64,000 nt of DNA, from NCBI GenBank assembly GCA_028534125.1, contig CM052816.1:21888001-21952000 (forward strand). Reading direction: 5' to 3'. This document shows positions 52,695 through 64,000 of the stretch, piece by piece. How positions within the stretch are numbered: the first letter of the stretch is position 1; each line of letters begins with the position of its first letter. Made by a program: the position numbers and the translations under genes. The notes under the pieces are model-generated. The model did no database searches. It had not been told where the DNA came from and was given only the letters and a program-made list of their open reading frames with translations. The DNA comes from Lama glama (lineage: Eukaryota).

Positions 52695-53439
52695 AAAAAG
52701 TGCTAATTCTGATCATGATCAGGAGGCATAATGGTATAAAATTTAAAATCTCCAACACAGTGTTGTCTTGGACTCCAAGGGATAAGTTAGGTTGAGCGCT
52801 CAATGCAGTGCTTAGTCCATGGCTTTTAAGTTTTTACTATGATGATCTCATGCTTACGTATAAAACCACTCAGTTTAGGACTAAACTCCTTAAAATGGCT
52901 TGTGGTGCTGAGGCTTTTGTGAAGTCTCTAGCCTCGACTTTTTACTTTTTTAAAATAAGGTTATTTTTAAAAAATATAGCCATTGTATTAATATATTTAA
53001 CAGAATTAACAGAAATTTTATATTATTTATTCTTGGTCTATATTCAGATTTCCTCAGTTGTCTCAAGATGTCTTTTTACAGTAAATTTGTTTGAATCAGA
53101 ATCTTAAAAATGTCTACATATTGAATTTGCCAATATATTTAATTTTTATTCTATAACAGCTCCCCCTACTTTTAAAATATGATTTGTTGTTGAAACTGGG
53201 TCATTTTTCCTATTAAATTTCCCACATTCTCTATTTGGCTGTTTGCTTTCTATTGGTTTCCTTTAATTTACTAGTTCTCAGTGATATATGTTTTTAACAA
53301 GACTATGCGGTTGATTCTGAAGCTCAAGATTGAGAACCACTACTATAACCAGTGGAAGACTTCTCACACTGACTTCTGGGCCTTTTGACATAATCTGATC
53401 TCATTAATCTTTGGTAACTTCTTGCTTGCTTGTGGCCTT

Positions 53440-56400
53440 GTCTTAATCTAACCCTCTCCCTTTTCTGTGATTTTATCCCCTTGGATTTGTTTTAGGTTCT
53501 GGGATGTGCCATGCTGTGCTGTTCTGGGTTCTTGGCATAGTTCACTGTACCTTTTGTTTAGTTTTTTGTAGTGATCATCTGGGCTTAGCCTAATTATCCT
53601 TCCTCCAGGAAGCCTTTTCTGATTTCTTCCTGACTGAGTTAGGTTTCACTGTAATTTTCTTCCATAGCTTTCTGCATTTGCTTCTGTGACATCTGTCACA
53701 GCTGTCATTACTTATACACACCTCTCTTCTTTGCTTGCTTAAGAACACTCTTCAAGTTCAGGGTGTATTTTGGAGTTAGGATCTTCTAGAGCCACCTGAT
53801 AGGTTGTTTGTGGGGAACAGATGCATAGATTTCTGTTGAGCAGCTAGGTAGATGTTATTTTTCGAGGGAGAATATAATACCGTGGAGGCCTATCTTGAAC
53901 ATTCCATCAGAAGTAGCAGCCCTTTCCCCTATTCTCTGTCAGAGAAGACTGTTTATATCTTCATGGTTCTTTATGCAACTTATCATCTCTCCCAAAGTTC
54001 ACATTGATGTGCCAGTGTATACAGCACAGTGCCTGTGCATATGCTCAGTAAATATTTGTAGAATGAATATATTAAATAATTTTAAGGCCAGAGACAGAGA
54101 GTCAGAAGTTATATTTTGGACATTTGGTCCAGTTTTAATTGCTAATGAGATACTCACCTAGAGATCATCTGACAGTTTAAGAAAGTAAATCTGGAGTTCA
54201 CAGTAGAGGTTGGGCCTGGAGATCATGAACTTGGGCTTATGGTCAATATTAAAACTAAGGGAATGGATGATATCATCTAGGAAGAGGGTGTAGGTCGAGA
54301 ATTGGAAAGAACAGGACTTTGTCCTGAGGAAGTATAAAATGTACAGATGTGGGAAAGGAAAGTCCACAAGGAAGAAATGGCCGGAGAGAAGGTGAAAGCC
54401 AGGGGTGTGTGGTGTTAGGAAAGCTCAGAAAGGGGAATGTTTAAGAAATGATGGAGTGATAAACTGTTTTGTATGCTGGTTGCTGACAGGTGTTGTAGAT
54501 GAGAAACAGAAAAGTATTTGGCTTGTCAAGATGGAGATAACTGGTGACTTCCCTTTTTTTTTAAATTTTGATGGGGGGCATGTTTAGGGGGAAAAGTGAG
54601 ATGTGTAATAAAAGGGGAGGAAATGGCTTCACTGCTGAAGCTTCTCTTTCTGTAGGGGAAACAGCCTGTAGTGCTGCATTATCTTTTCACTTTCAGTAGT
54701 CTGATTTTATGTCAAATTTTGAGCTTCTGAAGTTCTTAAAAGCTATCTTCTTAATATTATCAGTCTTTGTAAGAATCATTTGAGAAGCCTTGTTTTTTCA
54801 GTGTGATTTTTTAAATGTTTGTGTATTCACGAGGTTTTTTTATTATTTAATAAGTACTCTTCCATAAATTGTACCTCTTTAATCTTATATTAGAAATAGT
54901 GGAAAGTTACAGTATTCTTTACAGAGAATCCTGTGGGATCATATCTTACTTAAGTGGGAAGCTGAGAGTTAAGTTAATTACATGTTAATGCACTGTGGTA
55001 TCAATATTTGGTTCTGAGTCTAATTTTGTAATAAGAAATGCAAGTGTTACATTTTGATAATTTTGTTGTTAATTTTATTTGCTTTTCCATCTCTAAGTAG
55101 TATTAGATTTGTTTTTTTAGAACCGTGTTTTTTGGAATAGTGAAAAATACAGCTTTAAGATTCATCTTACAAAACTTGGACCTCATTTCTTACTAATATA
55201 GTTATTATTGCCTTAAGTCTTGCTGAATGTAAATTATCTTTTAGGAAAGAATTGTTTTAAAAACTCCTCATGTAAAACATAATAGAATCTCCTTTATTTA
55301 AAGTAGTCCTAAACCATTCTCAGACAGTCTTATTTCTGTTCCTGACACTACCATTCTGTTAGTCTACCAAGTTGAAAATCAGAGAATCATCTTATACTCT
55401 TTCCTCTCTCTGGTTGCCACATTTGGTCATTTGTTAAGTCCTGTTGATTCAAATTCTGTGATATCTTAGTTCTTTTCCATTTTCTGCTGGCATCATCTCA
55501 TTTAGACCTTTAATGCTTTTCATAAAAATTTGCCATAATTTTCCCACTTCTTGTGTGTTCCCCTCTGTACCATTCTGCTGAATTGATCTTCCTGAACCAT
55601 AATTCTGATCAATTCACTGAGAAATCTCCTTTGACTCCCTATTGCTTAATTGCTCTGTGCCAAGTAGTATTTTGTTTTACACATATTCGTTCATTTGCTT
55701 CTCACAATAGCTGTATAAAGTAGGTCTAATTATCCCTATTTTATAGATGAAGGAACAGAGGCACAGAGAAGTTAAGGACTTTGTCCCAGGTCATACAGCT
55801 AGTAAGTGATATAATTAAGATATAAATTCAGACATTTGAATTCCAGAGCCTTTGTTTTTAACAAAGTCCATCTCTTCACTTTGGCATATCAGCCTCCTCT
55901 AGAGTTATAGCTTGGTTTGATGGACTGAGTTCAGATGGTTCCTGTGTATATATATAACCTTGGGAAGCAGTATCACGTTGTCATTCAAGGTGGTATGTAA
56001 CTGAATAGGGGAGTAAATGCCAAAGATACAGTACCAGTGTCCGTTGTATGTACCATTTGAGAGTTGTTTTGAGGATTAAATGACATGGTAGTCACTCAAA
56101 TGTTAGAATTCCTTCTCATACTCCCTCACTCTTCAGCTTATTCTTTCCAGTCTTTCTTCCAGTTCTTCCTCTAGTTGTGGGCTCTAAATCAGAATATTAA
56201 TGTTTCTTGAGAATATTTTGGTTCATGTATTTGCACACCACTTGGAATTACATGGCTACAACATATCTTTCTTTAAAGCGCCAATAGAATCCACATTTTC
56301 TCTGTGTTTTCCCATCATCGTGGTTACTTTCTTAGGTTGTAATTGCTTGTTTATGTATCTGTATCCTTCACTAGATTGTAAGTTCCATAAGGGCACAACC

Positions 56401-56480
56401 TTGGTCTAACTTGTTTAGTGCTGTATTTCTGGAGCTTGACTCACAGAAGGCATTCAATAAATATTTGATGAATGAGTGAA
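53440..56480. mobile_element. L2 and MIR fragments
   Basis: L2 tails near 54050-54070 and 56455-56480. MIR core at 55730-55800 (cctattttatagatgaaggaacagaggcacagaga). Confidence 0.65.
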
Positions 56481-57774
56481 TGAATATAAGTAGTCACTGA
56501 ATTGAAAAAAATGTTACTACCCTTAACAAAGATATTTCTGTTTTGAGTTATTTGCCTAAAGTAGTTATTTACTCCGTAAGTAATTGAAGGACACTTTTCT
56601 TTGAAATCAATGTTTACCAATTTGAAGGAAAATTTCATTGTAATTTTGGTTTTTATTAGATGGCAAGAATGGTTTGATTTTCTAGAAATAAGTTAGATTC
56701 TTCATTTATATACCTTATAACACCTCATACTTCCTCTTCCTACCACTTACTGCATTCAGAATTTGTGTTGTGTGTGTACATGGAGTCTTCCCTGACATAC
56801 TCAGTATATGCTGAATGGATAAAAGAATGAATAAATGAATTAATGTACTCTTTTTGGTAATGGGAATTTGTTTCAAGAACATGAGAAGTTTAGAGGTACC
56901 ATGGAATTTCTTTTCCATTTGAGCATTCTAGGTCCTTAGACCCTCTGATTGTTAAGCAGACCTTATGGGGAATTGGAGCAACAATTTAACCTGGCTACTT
57001 GAGGGCACAGCCAGAGCTCTAGGAATCTGCTTCCTTGTACTCATATTGCCCAATGTATTGTATCTCTTGACACAACAGCATTTTATCCCAAGACACTCCA
57101 GAGGTGGTTCACCATTGTCACATACTTGTAGTTTTCCCTACTGTAATCCTAACTGAGTGGCAGAGTTGGTTTTAGGAGCGTGTGGGATAATGAGCCATTT
57201 CAGTTTATACTATTACGGCCACTTGTAGAATGCAGCTGGCAGGCTCTTTGCAGCTTTTTGGCCTGCTTACCCACCCTCTTGTGGTCTGTTATACAATTTT
57301 TAAAGTTTTCTATTTATGTCAGGAAACTACAGATTGTGATGTTAATGAGAAGGTGAATAAAATGAAGTTGTGATATGACTCCCACAAATAGAGATTTTGT
57401 ATTAATTTCTATTAATTCCTAATTACTTTAGAATATAAAACATTTATACTATACATTTATAGAATGCAGTATAATACAGTTTTTTTGTGAATAATTTAAA
57501 TATTTTAAATTTTTATCAAGGAAATACCTGAACATAGTTTAAACATCAGACATTAAAACCCCATGTTAATGTAAACCCCATGAGTGGCTGCTGAACCCTT
57601 GGAACTCCTGACTGGCTAGCCAAGCAGGCTCTTCATCAGTGATAATCTGACTCTAAATTTACAAGTTGAATTTTTTGCTCCCAGTCCAAGAACATTATGG
57701 CAGGAATTTACTTAAATTCCTCCAGCCAGTCTTGATCCTAGAGGCAGCTGCTTTTTCAGTTGTTTTACTGTTTA

Positions 57775-60700
57775 TTTGAGTATTTACTTTTTTATTTATA
57801 AACAATACATATGTACTTAAAAGTAATTCATCTTTAGACATTTTCTGTTAATTTCCTGTATTGGTAAATATTGGTAAAGATTTAGGTCTTAAACATGTCC
57901 ACATATACATACATTCATGCACACCCTTCCCTTTCCCCTTCATTCTTCCAGTGTTACAATTTTTGATTAGTTTAAATGATCACGGTTAACTATATTATTG
58001 TATTGTAAAAGTTCATTACTGAGTGAAATATATTTTATCTTGTACTTCTTAAACTTTTTTCTTGGAGTTAATTGCCTTTTTTTCTTTCTTTTTTTTTTTT
58101 TTTTGGTTCACTGTTTTCTTTGAAATTTTTAGCTAATTCTTTGTACATCCTTTAACAGCTCCGTAAAATACCCTCAAAACAACTTATTTCTCTTAGTTAA
58201 ACTTACTAGGTCACTGATTAGTTAATATTTTTTCCTCCTGGATGTGTCCTTCTTGGAGCCCTTCTCTGGCTCTAGTTTGGACTGCCTGCCCTGTGGGTCT
58301 GCCCCACAGCATCATTAGGAGGCTTCCTTTCTCTCCCCCCTGGGAATTACTTTGACCCTTTTAAGTTAAGGTCTCCTGTTGACTGGTTTCCACTGCTTCC
58401 TCTTTGGATTGTTCCCTTGTTTTGGTGGTGCATATCCTTCCAGGAGCTTCCTGAGAATGATTGCTTGGGAGATAATTTTTTGAGACTTCCCAAGTCTGAA
58501 AATATGTTTATTCTATTTGGTTGACAGTCTTGTAGATACAGAATTCTATGTTGAGAATCATTTTAACTCAAAAATTTGAAGGTATTGCTCCCTTGTCTTC
58601 TGGCTACCAGTATTGCCACTGAGAAGGCCAAAGCTGTAACTCTCAACCCCCAGGAAGCTTTTGGAATTTTCTCAGTTTTCTCTTTATTTGGTTCTGAAAT
58701 TTCATGGTGATGTACCTGTACCTTAGTTTTTAAAAAAATTCATTTGTTGAAACTTGATGGGCCTTTCAGTCTGGAGGCGTCTTAAGACTGGTTCAACTTT
58801 GACAAGTTTCCCAGGAAAATAAATACCTGTTTTATATAAGGTGTGGATGGAGAAGTCTAGCTTCACATCCTGTGAAGGACATGCTTTGTGTTACTGTGAT
58901 TCTCCTCCACCTTCCAGAGGGCCTTATGTTTCCAATGCCTTTGCTTCTCAGGGACTCTGAGGAGACAAGTCCTTTGGTTGCTCATTGTTACCATCATATA
59001 TTGACAGTTAGGTTGTAGCTGCATCTGCTTTTGAAATGTTAGTTGCTACTTTTCATCTTTCAAATATTTATTGAAATCTCTTTATCCTTGAAAAATTTTC
59101 TCTCATATTGTCTTTGTCTTAAATACACATGTACATGTATATATATTTGTGTGGTTTTATTTCATTTATTATCATTTTTTGAATGGGATTTGAATGTATC
59201 AGTGCACCTTGCTTAACTTGGATTTCCTGAAAAAAAATTTAAACTTTTTATTATGAAAAATTTCAAACAAAAAAGAAAAAAGTATGCTATAACAGTACCC
59301 AGCTTCAACAATTATTAACATTTTGTTTCTTTCTGTTTGTTTCATTCTCTCTTCCCCCTACCTTATTTAAAATACTGATGCTGTTATTTGTTGTTGTTGG
59401 AGTATTTTAAAGTAAACTGCACACATCCTGTCATTTCACTCATGAATACTTGAGTATGACTCTCCAAAAGATTACTACTATCCCTAAAAATGAACAGTGA
59501 TTCCTAATATTTACTACTCATTCCATGTGCAGTTTCCCCGATTGTCTCAGAAATTTTAGTTTGAAATAGGAGTCTAATAAGGTTCACGTACTCATTTGTC
59601 TGAACAATGTTCCGTGTTTTGAATTTAGATCTGATTTCATCTTCACTGTGTCCTTTACTTTGTTCCTCTCTCCACCTTATTTTCTTTAAATTGAGAGTTA
59701 GCTCTAGAGACTTGATTGGATTCAGGTCCAGGTTTTTTTTTGGATATTATTGTTGTTTCCTGAGATTGCTTCATAGGTGTGCTGTATACTTCTTACTGCA
59801 TTTTACCATCAAGCACATAATCTCTGATTGTCTTACTTTAAGTGGTGCTAAGGTTGAGAAACAGGTTCAGGTGATGTCAGTCTGGTCCCTCCATTTTAAA
59901 GTTGCCTATCAACTGTTCACCTGATGGTTTTAGGATCTGTTCATGATGATAAAACATACTACTAAACAATTTTCTCAAGGTGAGTGCACTTATATAACTA
60001 GCACCCAGATGCAGAAACAGAATGTTGCCAGTGTCCTGGAAGCCTAACATTCCCCTGTCTAGTCACCCTTCCTTACTTCTGTTCAGGGTAACTGCTGTCC
60101 TGACTTGTAACACCATAGATTAGTCTGTTTAACTTCATGTAAATAGAGTTGTATTTTAATCATATATTCCTGTGTTCGGTTGTTTCGTTCAACATATTTC
60201 AGATTTGTTTATCCATTTTATGGCCTGTAGCCATAGTTGTTGCTATGTAGTATTTCCTTGTGTGAATATGCAGTAATTTATTTGTCTATTTTATTATTGA
60301 TGGAGAGTTATTTCCAACCAAAGAGTTGTTTCTAATTTTTGACTATTAAGTGTAATGCTGCTATGACCGTTCTTACATGTATGTCTTTTGGTGGACACGT
60401 GCTCAGTACTTCAACTGATATTTTCTCTTCAGCATTTCCACGTTTGGAGAATATAGTGTATGACAGTTTCTAAGTTAAACAGATTGCATTCTTGAATATG
60501 TTATGTAACACTGATTGCACATGTGTCAGAATTGCATATTTAACCCCAATACAATTATGCAATATATTTGTTCTCTAACATGTCATGTAGAGGATATAGA
60601 TGAAACCAAGACTTTCTGTGTAAAATATGTAAAAGTACACCAGTGATACCAGTTTTGCTGTGATTGCAGTAAGCAGTACATTTTGGATCATTTTGTCAAA

Positions 60701-63700
60701 TGTTCTGGATACAAAGATGAATAAGATAATAGCCATGAAACTTATAGCCTAATAGATGGGGTATGATGTGATCATAACTTATTTTACATTGTGGTGCAGT
60801 CCTTTAAGTGCCAAAAAGAATGTATGAAATACTGTAGTAAGTACTAGCTAGCAGGATAGATTTTCTTTAGCTAGAGGACGGATTGTTGGGGTTTAGACAC
60901 ATAGATAGGGAAGGAATTCCAGGTCGTGGGAACAGCATGAGCAGTCTCTAGGGTATATGCAGGGAACTTTGAGGAATACAGCTTTCCTTGACCATAGCGT
61001 TTTTGAAAGCTAAGTTAGATCCAGATAGTAGAGAATTCAATATCAAGAAATTTTTAAAAATAGTAGATGGGCCCTAGAAATTTGAGTAATGTTGATGTTT
61101 GAATGCCCAAGTGGCTCTGTGTACCACAGCTGTAGCTGTGATCTGCAGCTTTAGGAGCTTCTGATAAAACTAGTTAATGTAGACTATATTATCCATTTCT
61201 TATGCTTGCATCAGTAAATATGCCTGCTTTAAAAAAAAAAGTAACAACTTCATTGAGATATAATTTACAAACAGTCCACTCGCTTTAAGTATATGATTTG
61301 GTTGTTTCCAGTTTGTTCATAAAGTTGCGCCACCATTACTGCAGAATATATCTCATTTTTATCTATCCATTGATCAGTTAATAGACATTTGGATTGTTTC
61401 CACTTTTTGGCTGGCTATTCTGAATAACTCTGCTATAAATTTTTGTGTACAAGTTTTTGTGTGAGCATATTTTCATTTCTCTTGTGCACATATTAGGAAT
61501 GAAATTGTTGGGTCATAAGGTAACTTCATGTGTAAAATTTTGAAGACCTGCCATACTGTTTTCCAGAGAATCCACTGACATAGATTAGTGGTACTGAGAC
61601 AAAATAAATACCAACTAGAATTGATACCTAGTGAAACTTGTTTGAGAATGGAGGATATATATATACATATACATATATATATGTATATATGTGTGTGTAT
61701 ACACATAGTAATTATATATATATATACACACACATATGTGTGTGTGTGTGTGTATGACAAACAAAAGGTGGGGGAATACCACTAATAGAAAAATATCTGC
61801 AATGCAAGAATGATAAGGAAAAGGAAATGGATAACAACATAAAATGGTACACATGGGTAAATCTACACAGATACTGGTAGTATAAAAACAACAAACATGT
61901 CAAACAGAGCTTAAATACCGGAAAATAGTGCCATATAATGTGGTGGGTGGTTGAAATGGAGGAAATGAAATAGAATTAAAACATTCTATGGTTTGTTTGT
62001 GTTTTGAGGATGAAGATATTAAAGTCCAAAGTATGAGTGTTAAAATTTCAAGGCTACATGGTGAATAAATAGAAGTATATAATTTCCAAAGTAATAGAAG
62101 AAAAATGGAATATAGAAAAATAATTTTAAAAGACTTTATGAAAGGGTAGGAAAAGAAACAAGTCATAGAACAAGTACAAAGAAAGAGAATAATGTACAGT
62201 CAGAAATAAATTCCAGCATATTATAAGGATCACAATAAGTGAAAGCAGAGTAAGTAATGCAGTTAAGACAAAAATTTGTTAGGCTGGAAAAAAAAATCCA
62301 GTTTTATGCTACTATTTAGAATATGTATACCCAAGATATACCATTCCATAAAGGTTGAAAGCAAAAAGACAGAAAGATATCCACACAACCAAAAGAAAGC
62401 TGATGTAGCTCCAGTCATATCAGATAAAATAGACTTTAAGATACAAAAATTACTATGATAAATATAGTAATAAAAGGTTAACTTACCAGAAAGTTATGAT
62501 GTATTTTGAAAATATTTAAAGCAGAAATATTCTAGGAGCAATGGACACATTTATTGTAGTAGGTGAAGTTTAACATACTTCTAATGGCCAAAGTAGCCAA
62601 ATAGCCAAAAGTAGCCAAGTAGCCAAAAAAAATTATTAAGAATAAAAAAGATTTTAAAGACAAAATCAACACTTACTTGATTTAATGGACTATATAAATC
62701 TGCAGTTGGCACTTGGAGGAAACACATTTTTTTCTAACGTTCGTAGAACAGTTATGGAAAGAACGTATGAGTCAAAGGAGAAGAAATCCCAAATGGAACT
62801 TAAAAATAATTAGAACTGAATTATTAAAAATGCCATATTTCAAAACTTGGCATGTAGCTAAAACCTTACTGACAGTAAATTTATAGTTTTTATGTGAGAG
62901 AAGAAGAGACGTTCAAAATTTAATGAGTTGAATGTTCTACTTAAGGAGTTAGAAAAGGAAAAACAGAATAAACTCGAAGAAAATAGAAGGAAAGAAATAA
63001 TAAAGCTAAGAGCCCACATTAATAAAATAGTAAGCAAATGTATAATGAGCAAATAAACTGAAAGCTGATTCTTTGAAATAGGCAAATCTGATAAAAAGAA
63101 ATGAGGCACAGACAAATAATACTAAGAAAAAAAAAGAGAGACACCTTATCTGTGGATACGTGGAGACGAAAAAGACAAGAGAATTTTATTAATTTTTATA
63201 CCAAAATATTTATGTAGTGCTCATGACGTGCCAGGCATTATTTTAAGGACTTCGGGTGTATTAATTCATTTAATCATCAAAACAACTTCATAAGGTCAGT
63301 GATATTATCCCTATTTTATACATGAGGAACCTGAAGCACAGAGAGGTTAGATGACTTACCGAAACCCTAGCAGGTAGGTAGAGCATTAAGAACCCGGACA
63401 CTGCAACCTGATTGGACTTGAATACCAGCTTTGTTGTTTGTTGGTGTGATGTAGGTCAGGTAATTAAATCTCTGTGCCTCAGTTTCCTTATCTGTTAAAT
63501 GTAAATAATACTTCACTTGTTCATTGGAAGGATTAAGTGAGTTGTAAAGCACTTTTAACAGTATGGCACATTGAACTATACATGTGTTACTGTTTTTCTT
63601 AGTTATTAAAGAGAAAGACCACATGATTAATCAGTAGATGCAGATTTATTTGACAAAATTCAGCATTCACTTATGACAAAAGCTGTTGGCAAACTAAGAG

Positions 63701-64000
63701 TAGAAGTGAATTTCCCTAATCTGAGTAATGTTTGAAAGATAAAGGGTGTCTACCAAAACCCACAGTTAAATGTTAACAGGAATATGGAGCAGTGAGGACC
63801 TTTGTATATTCCTCATGGGAGTATAACTTGGTAAAACCACTTTGGAAAGCAATCTGGCATTATTTAGTAAAGTAGAAAATACTCATATCTTATGACCCAG
63901 AAGTTCCATTCTATGGCAGATTTTTTTACTTCTCACAGAGTTTTCTTACACCCTTCCATAATTCACAGCTCTTATAGTCACATAGGGCCATGTGACTTTC
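57775..64000. mobile_element. Patchwork of old L1 fragments and MIRs
   Basis: Antisense L1 ends (~59240, 61245), sense endonuclease remnant 62276..62458 (KKADVAPVISDKIDFK), MIRs at 63215-63575. Confidence 0.6.
61655..61755. repeat. Compound (TA)/(CA)/(TG) microsatellite
   Basis: Direct reading. Confidence 0.92.

Larger units (their letters stand above)
49000..64000 (+). other. FNIP1: FNIP1 intron 1 (continues beyond the window)
   Basis: Begins at the GT donor. I found no exon encoding the expected next residues (WPLPEFDPSQIRL..) in the remaining sequence. Confidence 0.85.

Noticed and set aside
61473..61903. Overlapping Tyr/Ile/His/Thr-rich ORFs
   Set aside because: Translations of the dinucleotide microsatellite.
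1..64000. CRISPR arrays, operons, tRNA/rRNA genes or other prokaryote-type systems
   Set aside because: No regularly spaced direct repeats, dense ORFs or recognisable structural RNA genes. The sequence is mammalian intronic and intergenic DNA.

Overview
Mammalian genomic DNA, AT-rich and dominated by repeats. The young LINE-1 tails look camelid-like and I recognise no Alu, Bov-tA or PRE1 SINEs, but the species is inference from recall. Two + strand genes lie in tandem. The first is the 3' end of MEIKIN, the meiotic kinetochore factor, with four coding exons (1233-1313, 5890-6009, 30701-30824, 39535-39566) that splice in frame to a stop. The second is FNIP1: CpG-island promoter, first coding exon (48908-48999) and the start of intron 1. 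The rest is mostly decayed L1, L2, MIR, LTR/ERVL and DNA-transposon sequence, with a 500-N gap at 17709-18208. Most notable: (1) a ~350 bp L1-derived mini-element in FNIP1 intron 1 whose 5'UTR/3'UTR junction coincides with splice sites visible in other L1 copies in this window; (2) a dead tandem duplicate of a MEIKIN exon; (3) several nested insertions with readable target-site duplications (TSDs); (4) an inverted local copy of ERVL pol sequence; (5) CLEAR-like E-boxes, MEF2 sites and a candidate uORF at FNIP1. Repeat family names come from recalled consensus sequences and repeat boundaries are approximate. No prokaryote-type systems are present.
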